NCBI GenBank assembly: GCA_030704615.1
Contig: CM060731.1
Location: 8,742,001 to 8,806,000 of the forward strand
Length of the DNA stretch: 64,000 bases
From: Takakia lepidozioides
Taxonomy: Eukaryota; Plantae; Bryophyta
Direction: 5' to 3'
Shown here in pieces: positions 13,143 to 25,300 of the stretch. The notes beneath the pieces are model-generated. The model saw only the letters and a program-made list of their open reading frames with translations. It searched no databases and was not told where the DNA came from. The translations under genes and the position numbers were made by a program. Position 1 is the first letter of the stretch. Each line of letters begins with the position of its first letter.

Positions 13143-13787
13143 TCAACGCTTCTTCCGCTTTTTAGGTCGCCCTTCGAAAGCTGCAACCGCCTCGGATGCG
13201 TTTCCCATTTCTGAGGCACGCACCCAAGATGCCTCCACAAGATGATAGCCCTTCCATTTGACGAGATATTCCGTTTCTCGGTTCTTGAACCTCCTCGACT
13301 TAAGTATTGCCACCACCTCGTACTCAGGTTCATTTTCATGATCCAACAGCATAGGTGGCGGACGCAACACTTGATGCCGATTCAGGCGCGCTTCATCTTT
13401 GAAGTAAGGCTTCAAAAAGGAGACATGGAATACTGGGTGCACCTTGCTGTTTGCCGGTAGCTCCAATTCATACACATCCTCATTCATAACCTTCCGAATA
13501 CGAAAAGGTCCCGCATACGGAGGTACAAACTTCGGACTCACTTCCAGAGGTAGTCGGAAATTCTTGATGTTCAACCAGACCTCCGTGCCTGCCTCAAACT
13601 TCACTTCCCTCCGCTTCCGATTCGCCTGCCTTTCATACCGTTTCCTAGCTTTGGCAATGTTGTACTTTGCGAGCTTCAACAAACGCTCGCGTTCTTCCAG
13701 TACCGCCACTACTGCCGGTTCCTCAACGTCCTGGGCGGCCCAACTTGTCGGCACCAGAGGTGCTTTTCCATAGACCAATACGAAAGG
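13143..13787 (-). pseudogene. Integrase C-terminus (GPY/F) plus chromodomain, on an inverted segment
   Basis: PFVLVYGK...YAGPFRI...VHPVFHVS...EYEVVAILKSR...EYLVKWKGY. Confidence 0.93.
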
Positions 13788-14585
13788 ATGAAATGGATTC
13801 CAAATGTTGTGCGTCCTCTTTTGTTTGGAATGGTGATGCATGGTATGGTTGGCTAGTGTGTAGAATGCATGCTAGCTTATAAAAGTGGGAGAGGTAAATT
13901 GGGTTAATCGTGTGTTTGCGTAGTGCCGAAATCGGGTGACCCCCATCCAAGGGGCAAGGAAACTTGCGCCTTCTTTGGGAGTTCACGTGCTAGTGCGCAC
14001 CTGGCGCGTGCGCGTACTATAATTGCGCTACCGAGGGGGTTGCCTTGTAGTGCGGGCTAACGCGGAAGCTACGTGCTTCCGTTCACGTACTATAATCGTG
14101 TAGCCTCGGGACGAAGTCGTAGTGCGGCTTCGGCGTGTTCCCGTACCTTAGGCCAGCATTCCAAGGCGGACCCAATTGTAGTGATTGGGGCGCACGGTTG
14201 GTTCAAGGTTATCTTCCTAGTCAAAGAGGGTTCCAGGTGAACCCTTGCTCAAGGTGATGCCAAAAGCGGCATCATGAGCGATCGCAAGCAATGTTGTTGC
14301 CGTAAGGCGATTAGATCCTCGGGGAGGATCGTTCCTTGGCCTTGAAGTAGGCCAAGAAGAGTGCACTGGGAGGAGCTGGAGAGGCTCCACCCTTGGCCGG
14401 GACTTGGAGGAAGTCGGCCGAACTAGCTAGTGGAGAGTAGAGTCAAGTGTGGGGTTTGGTTCTTTGCCATGGGATGCCATGGTACAGAAACAAACTCCTT
14501 GATGTGGGACGCCACAACTTGGATGTTCGTTTATACAAAATGGACAAGTCGATGAGGACATCGACTCCCTGTTGGTAGGGGTGTG

Positions 14586-14865
14586 TGTCACGGCCCTTTG
14601 CCTTGAGGGCAGGGGGTCGGGACACATGAGGGGCTGCCCCTGTGGTGGGGGCAGCGGCAGCGGTAGGTATGGGGGGCTGAAGCACCCTTGAGTGCCCAAG
14701 GCACTCAGGGAAGCGGAGGCGCTCACTAGGTGGAGCCCCGCACACCGGGTTGCGGTGGGGGTGGCTCCACAAGGGGTGGTGGTAGCTTAGTGGGACTTAG
14801 TGGGGGTGGCATAGGACTCACCATGGGGTGGAGACCTCGTGGTGGGAGTCGTGGGGAGTCTTGGG
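14586..14865 (+). repeat. 5' (U3) part of the 3' LTR
   Basis: Matches 8613-8848 with few substitutions, followed by extra sequence absent from the 5' LTR. Confidence 0.93.
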
Positions 14866-14877
14866 ATGTGTGTCACA

Positions 14878-16213
14878 TGTTCCGCACTTCTCTTGACAGA
14901 CTTTTTGATCAGGTCCTTTAACATCTCACACTCCGTGCACTTCGCAAATGTGCTCCCAGTTTTACGAACCTCCACGTTAGGAAATATCCGATTCCGGATG
15001 TGGCTAACAGCCGACTGTGAGACTCCTTCCTACCCGAAAAGTTTGTTCGTCTGTTACAATAAGGAAGGGTCAGGAAAAGAACGTCCACTGGACAGTGGAG
15101 GTTCATGAAACTAGAACCATAGTCGAAAGAGACAAAATTGAAGGGAGGGTCATCCACATTGAATCAGAAAAAACTTCCAGGAATGAAATTGAAGAATGGA
15201 GATTTCATACCTCGTTGGACTCGTCTCGTATTCACTTCCAGTTCATTTCAGGTAATAAGACTTTCAAAGTATCCCTCCTTCCCTCCCCAATGCATCTTGT
15301 CTTATGGGGCATGAGGTCAGTATTTCCGTTAATAATGGGCATAATGTCACCCTCTGCCTGAAGCGTCTATGGGCGTGGCCTCTTCACTCCACGGTTCCCA
15401 TAGACTTGACAACCAATCCTGTTTACTCAACTTTTTGTACTTCATGTATGTGGACCTGCCAATTCCATGAATTGTCCACCAAGCAGTCTCACAAACATCT
15501 ACACCCTCAATCGTAACGTATGCCCTGCGAGAGGTCCCTTCCAGCATGTGAAGTCGTTTTGAAACATTTAGTCCATGTTCTCTCCTCTCATCGAAAGTGG
15601 ATCCCCAAAACGAAGTACGGATAGCCAAGGTTTTTCGCCAATCGAAATATTGACAGCAGTGAAATCTGCAGCAAGGTTTGTTGTTCACGGACCGGACTTC
15701 CTCCAGAGTAAAATTCTTCATTCTTTTTTTGGAGTGTTCCAAATCTCGATCCTTCTTCTTCCTCGTAAAATGCCGATACGCCATTTTTTTCACACCTGCC
15801 TCGTGATCTTCGTACAAGATACTTTCAGAAGATCTAATAAAATTCTCCAGATCATTTGAGTAGTCTCCCACTTTCCAAAAGTCGTGTTTTTATTAAAGGC
15901 CATTTTACAAGAGACATCAAAGATCCAGATCCTCCAGAAAGTATTCTGGTGACAAGAACTCCGACATCGTCCCCTCCCAGTTTGTCATTGAGGATCAACT
16001 CGTCCAGAATGCAGGCTTGAATCCTCCCCTCAAACAGTGCACCCCCATCATCACCCAACAGTACGCACTGTAAGTTTCTCCAGTTGTTTTTTCCAAGTCC
16101 TCCGCTCGGATTCTTGGAACTCTTCGATGGTATGTGGTTTGATTCATCCTCGTCGACGTTAGAATTTTTGGCAGTATACCTTCTCTTCGGCGTAAAACAG
16201 GATTCATGTCATG
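14878..16213 (-). pseudogene. Sola-like transposase N-terminal/central part, with an intron at ~15052-15210
   Basis: PCCRFHCCQYF...RTSFW...VCETAWWTIHGI...FAKCTECEMLK and a GT...AG intron. Confidence 0.85.
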
Positions 16214-16439
16214 CCCTCCTTGGGGGCTGCTATTTCATGAGCGGCATGAGCATGAGCGGGAAAAAAAAAAGCATGAGCAGACCATTGTGAGTCCACGGAA
16301 AATAGGGTTAGGAGGCAAGGAAATAGGGTCATGTTAAGTTGGAATGTGGCACCAGTGGACTTGAAATGCAACATTTTATTGCAAATTTTGTGGCAAGCCA
16401 CGTCTATACAAGTGTGTTCTAACTGTCATAGCCGGAATG

Positions 16440-19130
16440 GGCACTACTCTCCTACACCCTCCGAGGAACTTGCCCCACCTTCTTCCTCATCCTCCTCATC
16501 CCCCTCATCCTCCGAGCTCTGTGATCAACCATTTCGAGCTCAGGAGAAGGTTCCGAACTCCACATTTAAGTGTGCGCATTGCAAAGAACCACCACACTGC
16601 ATGTCTGTTTGTAATGCCAAGTAGTTCTATGTGTTGCACCGTTTCCCTGACCTCACCCGAGCTTGCATACACGTTGGTTCCCATTGTCACAAATTGGCAA
16701 GGGGGAACTCGCGGGAGGCTGCCCACGAAGCAGAGCAGCTCGTTCAGGAGGAGGTTAAGTTGAGACCGGGTGCCAAACCCAAATAGACACAGCTCCAAGC
16801 CGCCCATAAGATGGCATTGGCCAGAATTATGTCGGAAGACGGGTCCGATAGAGTTCCTCTCGATGAGAAGGAAATGGAGGCATTGCTGGAGTCGGTGTCC
16901 CACGTATGTTCACCGAATGTCCGAAACCACATTGTCTCATGCAAACAGAAAATTGGGCGTGGCTCGGATATGCACTCCATTCTGGAGGTGAAGCGACGAT
17001 GTGGATATGACTACATTCATGGAAGTAGGTTTCCAGGACAAGGGACTGAGGCAGATCGTTGTTTCGTATTCAAAATGTCCACGTGTGGACCTGGCAGCGG
17101 CGTCGAACTGGTCGACAGGATGACGAGTGGGGACTTGTCAAACAGTTGGGTCATGTTCGACCATATGAAGCGAATTACAAATCATCAGTGGGTGACAATG
17201 GGTGCACATGTCTACGACACCCACTGCAGGATGCTAATGACAATTGCTATTTGTGAGATGAAAGGAGAGGACACACAATCGGAGATGCTTCTTTGGCAGG
17301 GAATAAACGAACAGATGGCCAAGGCGGGATTGCCCCCTCCCAATTTATGTGGTTTCATGGTGGACAACGCACAAGCAAATTGGGCTGCCATCTGAAGGGT
17401 GTACGGGCAAGACCCCAATGTTCCCATGGAATGCAAGGAGAGATCTTGTGGGTTCCATTTTCTGCAGAGCCTTTCGCAGTACACAACCAGGCTCGTGGCG
17501 CCAGATTTCAGAGAGGAGCACCGTTCCATGTGCCTTGCGTGGAAGCGCGCTCCCACCTTGGATGATGTAGAGACACAGTTTGCATGTATACGGGCTTGGT
17601 GGACATCGTCAGGTGCTGTAAGAAAATCAGACGAGGGAGCAATGGTCAGTTGGCTAGCATGGTGGCATTATCGTTTCCTCCAGTTCGGCGACTATATGCG
17701 GAAGGTGAGTTGCACGAATTCGCGTCCCGTTGAATATTATTCTTGGCCATATTTGTAACTTGCTTGTAACCTCAACATGTGTTTGTGCAGGAAATGTGTC
17801 TCGACTCCGACACCGACATGCCCACGACAAACATGGCCGAATCAGTGCACTCTTCTTGGCGTGCCTCCTCTGCGGCGCATCTGGTGGACATCCTCACTGC
17901 CACAACGGAGGACATTGTGAGGTCAATTATGCAGCAATGCAGGTACAACGAGTTCTTGAAAGGGAAACAATGGGGCTTGGGGCCGGACAGGCAGGAAATG
18001 CTGATGCGGACTGCCTCTAGATCGAAGAATCCTCGGAAGTGGGCGGCGGCCTTGCGATAAGGCCTTCGGGACACGCCATTGTTGCGAAGAGGCCAACATT
18101 TGGAAGGAGATGTTCATACCCATCCAGTGAGACGAAGACTTGACAAGGCACCTGGCGGAGAAGAGGATTCATGGCGAGCTGACAAGAATATTCGCACGCT
18201 CCCTCGTGGTCCGGTGATGTTGCCCGAGGAGGTCTCGTCGAGCACCGCAAGTCCTGCACGTTCAAGATCGCCATCTCTTTTGAGCACAGGGCGCGTGCCC
18301 CGGCAACATAACGAGCCATATGTAGTAAAGCAGTACAACATTCCCATTGTGGAGACAAGAGTGTCGGAGTCACAGTGGAGAATTGCGAGGACATTGCCGG
18401 CATTTCGAGGGAAGTGCTGCGCCATCTGGATGGATACGAGAGCACGCTGTGGTGAGATGATTCGGAGGAACCCACACGGTGCTGTACCTGCACCTTGTTT
18501 CAGCGGCAGATTTTTGACTCCCACATTTGCTCACGCCACAACGCAGACATTTTGGTTCTGTAGGCACGACATAATGACCTGTGTATTTGGCAAGCCCAAG
18601 TACGGGATTCAGGGAATGCCGGAGCCTCCGGGCATCTGGCCTGTTGCACCGGGTTGCAGCCTCTCTCAGAATGGGGTGGATGCTCTATTTGCAACAGGAT
18701 TTCGAATGGTGCAACGCACAGACCACCGGCCCACGCATTTCCGGTTCCTCAGACCCAGCCATTGCAGACTGTTCGGTCTAGTAGAGATGGATTGGACAAT
18801 TCTGCACATCCCACAATGCCATTCGGAAGAGTGAAGAGACGACACCCTCCCAACAAGTTGAATGAGACTCGGATTGCCAATGCTCTTGGGATGGCTTGCA
18901 CTATTCAGAGCTCCGTGGACGTACCCCCACCCGGCCTTGGGCGTGTGTATCGGATGGCAACGGCCGGCTCGGCTGTACGCGACGATGTATACACAATTAC
19001 GATTGGAGTGGAGCCGACTTGCAATTGTACGGACTTCTCGTTGATGGAAGCAAAGAAGGGTTCGAAGTATTATCCGTGCAAGCATATGTATTACATTTAC
19101 CTGAAGAGGTTGAGGATGAACGTGACTATT
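16440..19130 (+). pseudogene. MULE transposase with an N-terminal Cys/His (GCM/WRKY-like) finger and a C-terminal SWIM finger
   Basis: VMFDH, FMVDNAQAN, CGFH (CxxH), TTNMAESVH and CNCTDF...PCKH. Stops at ~16622, 16783, 17393 and 18058. Intron at ~17704-17790. Confidence 0.88.
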
Positions 19131-19599
19131 CCCACGCTAACACTATGGAAAATCCACCCCATAATGACCTACCCTTCCATGAGCACACTTATACACCCTC
19201 GTACAATTATATGCGCAGATGAAGCTCTTGGGTCGTGGAAGCTCAACTCGAGATAAGCCGCATGACCACGAGCATGAGGATAAGATGTTTTAGGTATCAA
19301 AATAAACTTTACACCTGACTTAACACTTGAACCAAATCCCAAGTGTTAAAATACAAATAATTAGATATGACTTTATTCATGCACCGGCGTTGAGCGTGAA
19401 CGAGCTGCACAAACTCCTCCTTAGGGATTCCAAAAATCATTGATGGGGCAAAGGGAATCCTCCATATGGATATTTTCAATTGCATTTTGCTGTATCAGAC
19501 TTTTTTTTGCAGTGTAATGAAATGCACCCCAAAACTCCTGGAATGAGGCAATATTTCATTCAAACTGAGATCCAACAGAAGCAGTTGTGGGGCCATTTC

Positions 19600-20035
19600 T
19601 GGAAAAATGGCGCCGAATTTCTCTTTTTGGGGCCGAAAACTGGCTAAGTCCCAACATGCACTGGTACCTGTGTCTGGGATAATGGCGCCGAATTTCTCTT
19701 TTTTGGGCCGAAAACTGGCTAAGTCCCAACATGCACTGGTACCGTGTCTGGAAAAATGGCGCCGAATTTCTCTTTTTTGGGCCGAAAATTGGCTAAGTCC
19801 CAACATGCACTAGTACAGTGTTTGGAAAAATGGCGCCGAATTTCCCTATTTTGCGCCGAAAATTGGCTAAGTCCCAACATGCACTGGAAAAATGGCGCCG
19901 AATTACCTGTCATGAGGGGACCTATAGCCGCGGAATTCGGCACCATTTTTCGCCAGAGAGACCTATTACCGCGAAATACATCGCAGTTTTTTCAGGTTAC
20001 GGACCCTATTACCGCGAAATTCGGCGCCATATTTG
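19600..20035 (+). repeat. Subterminal ~74-bp tandem array (about 5 units) of the MULE, plus inverted core copies
   Basis: AAATGGCGCCGAATT at ~19605, 19680, 19755, 19828 and 19890. Inverted cores at ~19935 and ~20018. Confidence 0.9.
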
Positions 20036-20157
20036 CACATGTCGCTGGGAATTGGCATGAGCGGAAGACGAAATATCATGAGCACAACTGTCAAAACTAC
20101 AATTTTCCCTTCAAGGGGCCGAATAATATATTTGTTTTTCCTGACACATTGCATTAA

Positions 20158-20240
20158 ATTATTGTTTTTATTGTTTTTTATTGTTTTTTTTATTGTTTTT
20201 TTAATTGTTTTTTTAATTGTTTTTTATTGTTTTTTATTTT
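20158..20240. repeat. T-rich microsatellite (TTTTTTATTG)n
   Basis: Directly visible. Confidence 0.9.
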
Positions 20241-20340
20241 CGAAATTTGTACTTCTGCTCATGAAAACCGATTGTCTTACTACTCCGCTCATGCCGCTCA
20301 TGCCGCTCATGCTCATGAAATAGCTAACCTCCCCTCCTTG

Positions 20341-20616
20341 ATACTCGTTATTCTCCGCATGAACTTCGCCAACATTCCACACCACCGGGGTCCCAATGGC
20401 CTCCTTCAAGGTGTTAGTATCCATATGTCCATAAGGAAGAGGACATAATGAGTTTGCTTCATCACAGGAGATGAGAACCACTGAAATGGTTGAGGAAGAT
20501 AATTGGTGTCCATGACAGGTCCCAACCCCGGAGACATTAAGGCAGTCCCCAGTTGCTACTGGAGATGAAGACCCGGGAAGAGTAAGAAACACTCTTTGAC
20601 CAGTCTCTAAGCTCAT
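20341..20616 (-). pseudogene. Sola-like transposase N-terminal exon with a Tnp1/En/Spm-like small beta domain
   Basis: MSLETGQRVFL...VATG...TCHGHQL...PLPY...TLKEAIGTPVVW. Interrupted by the MULE at the TSD. Confidence 0.7.
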
Positions 20617-21316
20617 GATCACCGGAACCTCCACTGCACACGCGAGGTTCAAGAAACTGAAAACCCCTCCGTAACTCACAGTAATAAGCAGTATGAGTTA
20701 AAACTCTATTCAGAGATGAATCAATACAAAAAAGGAAATACCCTCGCGTATGAACGTTAAGTAGAATAGAAATGGAATTACTGTTTGGTCTGGAACATGT
20801 CATGTGAAGATTGAGTCTAATTATATAACCTCCACTGTACAGTGGAGGTTGCATGAGATACAGATGAAAAAAGTCAGACGGATGAATACTAGTGGATGAA
20901 TATGGTTACGTGGATGAATAATTGTAATGACGGATGAATGTGAGCATTGACGCGACTGTCCAGTGGAGGTCCACGACTTGATGGATGACGGAATATGGAA
21001 ATGGGAGAGACAGACAAATACAGCGAAATGAGAGTATTGGACTGTAATTTCTAAACGTGTAGATGAGAAATAAGTAGATTTTCCTGTAGATTATCAAAAA
21101 CACACAGATGTCATCACATTTCCTACGGGAGAAAATGAAGTTCACACGAGAGATTATGGAAATTCAGAGAGGCACACATGCGATGGCCACAGAGGTACAA
21201 GATACTCAGAGAGGGGCACTATGGGCAGTGAGGTGGGAGATGACTAGAGAGGTGCGGGAAACACAATCTGCAAGTGAGAGGTATGGAGATAGAAGTTTGA
21301 ACAGTTTGCACTCAGA

Positions 21317-22050
21317 CCTTATATAGAGGTGGAAACTAGGTTGCCCGCTGGAACCCCTCCAATGGGATAGTGCGATACATTGTCTCGCGGATCGATTTCC
21401 GGCGCCCACAATCGGACGGTTCTAGATGGTGCAGGAGTGCACTCTTTGAGTGATTTCGGAAATGAGTGTCATTTACTGGTAGAACCCTATGTCACAATTA
21501 TGATGCCAGAACGATAACGGCTGATAACGGTGGTTCAATGGTTTCGTACTCATGCTTATAAAGCAGTACGTATTTCGCATTCAATGTTGTCCAAGTGTAT
21601 CAAGGCTTGACGCCGTTGATAAGCGTTTTCATGAAATCGTGCAGCTATGACACTCGGCCGAGAATGCGGCGGGCGTAAATGAGTGAGAGATGAAATATTC
21701 CACGCCTTAATCCGCCGAATGTAGACATTGTCAGGAGCAATAATTCCAAGCGGCAAAACACCGCAGTAGGGTCTGACTGATACGATAAATAATTTATCGT
21801 CATGTGTGGGGTGTGGGAAATATCCCGCGGGGTTATAATTGTTGATCAAGTGTAAGGGATCATTAAAGTCATATTTTCTCATTCATTCATCCTTTTTTTC
21901 ATTTCATCTAATCATTCGTCAAATGGATGGACAAAATGGAAATGATGAATTGGATGATATTTGCATGGATGTTGGATGGAACACGTGCGACCGTTTGATT
22001 TCGAAAGGACGTGATGGTTCAGATCCTCTGCGACCGCACCATATAAGGGG
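21317..22050. promoter_or_regulatory. Putative bidirectional promoter of the large element
   Basis: TATA-like TATATAAGG on - (~21317-21325) and CATATAAGG on + (~22040). Each is followed by a purine- or pyrimidine-rich 5' UTR. GACGGT/ACCGT motifs lie upstream of both. Confidence 0.55.
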
Positions 22051-22334
22051 TGCGCTCATTCGGCACACCCTTTCGGCACTCCATTGTGTACGCGGAAGTG
22101 GTAAGAGAGACGAGCGCTAGAAAAGAGACAATTTTGTAGAGGGGAGAGCGTGCTGTTAGAGGAGAGAGAAGAGAGCATGCAGTTCAGTGCAGTGTGAGAA
22201 TGTACTGGAGGGAAGCGGAGCAGACAACGGATTCAAGCGCAGACAGGAGACGGGAGAGAAGCAGAGCGGAGGGGAGAGCAAAGCGGTGGAAGCTTAAGGG
22301 TCAGGCGTTTCAGGTCATCAACAGGGGCACCGAT

Positions 22335-25300
22335 ATGGCTCAGGCATCCAACAGGTAATCTTTTTGTTTACTGTTTCTCTCAGGTTCGATGTGATTCTCT
22401 CTGGCTCGCACTGGCTTGTTTTGTTTTGCAGGTTTGTTGTTCTTATGCTGTTTCAGTTTGTTCCTATGCTTGTTGATTTGTTTGTTGATTTGCTTTTGTT
22501 TTTGTTTTGCTGTTGCTTTTGTTTTACTGCTTGTTGGTCAGCATCGCCTACGTCGTTGTAGGTTTGCTTCTGTTGCTTTCGTTCCATTTGTTTCTAGCAT
22601 GTTACGTTTCGTGAGTGTGCTGTCTTGTCTGATGCGGAGCATCTCATTTGTATTCATTGGTTCCAAAGTTGTTTCAACTAGTTTGAAATGATTAAAGCTG
22701 TTTAGGTGTTTCAATTCATTGATGCTTCTCTTCTGGTGGTTTGTATGGTGGTATGTAAGGGTGGTTTGTGGTCCTGGTTTAATGGTGCTGCTGGATTATT
22801 AGGGTTATGGATTAGGGTTATGACGGGTTAGGATCATGGTTTTGTGTGATTGGTTTTTCAAAATTTTGATATTTGAAAACGGGTTTTTCTTCGAGCCTAG
22901 GCTACTCTAGTAGACTAGTCTCTGTAGACCACTAGACCTCTAGTAGACCTCCATAAACTCTGGTAGGACAATCCACACGAACCTCGCCTGCCTAGTGGAG
23001 GTTCCTGCGTGTTACTATGCCAAGGCACAACATAAGGATGTATTGAGATAGACTTATGTCGGTGCCTCCTCTGCGTTGATTTTTTGTTCTGTCAGTATAA
23101 AAAGAATGTGCGTAGGAGTGCACACGGTGGCCAAAGATGGTTCTGAGACCGTCGTCGACATCTATAAGAGGCCAAGGAGACATAATCCAGTAAACATCAA
23201 CGAAGCAGAAAACCAAGACGCATTACTGGTTTTGTCGAAAACAAAAACCTTCAAGAAGAGATTTGAGAATCAAATTTCAGATGTGGGCTCTGACGTGCGA
23301 ACCTTCATAAATCCGGGCACTGACGAATCAATGTTTGAGGGAGTTATTCGACGGGAGACAACGGAGGAAACCAAGGAAGAGAAAGATGAAAGTGATGAGT
23401 GCAATCTTCAGTCTGATTCAGATAATCACATTTCTGTAGGAGATAGTGAATAGTCCCTGGGACCCGTCCTTCCGTCCTCTCCTGGATACAGTCCTGACTC
23501 TCCGCAATATCCAGTATCTGTCCTTGTAATTTCTCTAGAATATGTCGCCGCTGATTCTCTAGGATACGTCCCTGCAGATTCTCCTCAGTACGTCCCTGAT
23601 GATTCTCTAGAATTCATCTCTGGAGATTCTCCGACATATACCCATAGAGAGTACTCCCCTGAAACCCTCAGGATGATTCGAGAGAGTTTCCTATAGTTAT
23701 TGTAGATATAAGAAAATGAAGGGATGAACCTCATCTTACAAGAATATATCGAGTTCTTGTAGATATTAGGTATTCGTTATTCGCACAATTTTGAGACCGC
23801 ATGATGTATGGAATGGCGAGACGAGCCTTCTCTGAATAAATGTTTTTTTCTTCTTATGAGTGAAATCTTTTTTTCCTCCTAAATTGAATTCTTTTATCTG
23901 TCAACTATGAGCGTGTGAAGTGGTGAACCTCCACTGTAATGTCCTAGGAGTTTTGTATGGTTGTTATGATATGTGTCTGACGACAGAGGTGGTTTGTTCT
24001 GTGGACATCAACATCACCCCCATGGATTGTATTGTTGGAATGTGCAAACCTATCTGTGGTTCATTTGTTTCTCGAAAATCTCCGAATTTCAATCACCTGG
24101 CAATTTTTGAGCTCAACCCGGAAATCACAGAATGGGGCAATGTCCCCGTTGAAACACCTCCGGACCATAAGTTCCGGTTCCACTACAAGATTGGTGCAGA
24201 GGTTGCCGAGCTCAAATATGCAGATGTGGTCGAGAAAGAGCTGGAGATAGAGGTGGAATTTCCGATGCTGGTAATTTTCATGGTGGAAGATGGTAGATTT
24301 CCCAGAACGTTTGGCTTCAAACTGGAGGTACGACTTCTAAGGAAGGCCATGATGAGAGAGTCCATTCGGGCGGGGTTCACATATTGCGACGAGGGTACTC
24401 AATTTACAGATGAAGGTTTTTGCATGGCTTGGGGTATTTTCTTGGATGTGCTTTACTTAAAGGGTAAGGAGATTGCAAAGACGCGGGAGGAGGAGGCTGC
24501 GAGAGCGCGGCCAAGGAAGGGAAAACGGAAATCCACTGACGCCGGTGGTGATGAGAATGAAGCCGGAACATCAGGGGGAAAGAAGAAACAAAAGGAGGAG
24601 ATGGATCCCGCTTTCATGACAGATCACAAGAAACCCAAGGCTGCAGACATCTTCGACAAAGAGAAGTGTGAGAAGATGCAGGAGAGGCTGGAGCAAGACT
24701 ACAAGGACATGTTTCCTTTTGGGTTTGAGGCGACCCGGGACGTCAAAGTTTCCATGATGGAGCTTGCTCCCAGGGATATGGTGTACAGGCCCCTAAATGT
24801 TAAGCACAAAGACGAAGTCAAAGCGCGTCTTTACCAGCTCCGGGTGTTCGACTCCAAACATCCAGTTTATTTGATTCCCGCAAACCCCGAGAAGCCTATG
24901 GAGGTTTCTAGTTCGAAACCTCGAAACTGGAAGGAGGTGGAAAAGTCCAGATTCTTCGTCATCGGTGGACAACACACAATCATTGTTGCCAAGGTAAATT
25001 TCTCAACAAAATCCAATTTTTGTAACAACATGATCCTCCACTGGACAGTGGAGGTTCATGAACTTTAAACAACATGTTTGTTAGGTCGATATCATTTCTG
25101 ACCTTATTCAATTCTGTCGCAGGAACTTGTGCAAGACGTGGACGACGACAATCTTAAGAAGTACTACATTGACTGGCCCTCAAAGATTATATGGTCAAAG
25201 GATCTGATGAGGCTCGTGAAGTTATCTAAGCTCCTAAACGACCCGAATAAGGCGCAAAAATTTGACACAATATTTCCCGAGAAAGTTGCACATGCCCGAA

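Larger units (their letters stand above)
7564..14877 (+). mobile_element. Ty3/Gypsy chromovirus LTR retrotransposon, rearranged
   Basis: TG...CA LTR, tRNA-iMet PBS, gag-PR-RT-RH-IN-chromodomain order, 5-bp TSD AGCTA. Confidence 0.95.
16223..20331 (+). mobile_element. Mutator-like element (MULE), 4109 bp
   Basis: 9-bp TSD CCCTCCTTG (16214-16222 / 20332-20340). TIRs GGGGCTGCTATTTCATGAGC / GCTCATGAAATAGCTAACCTC. Confidence 0.93.

Noticed and set aside
19600-19905. CRISPR-like array (also considered for 1013-1560 and 1-630)
   Set aside because: Whole units repeat with no unique spacers, the context is eukaryotic, and there are no cas genes.
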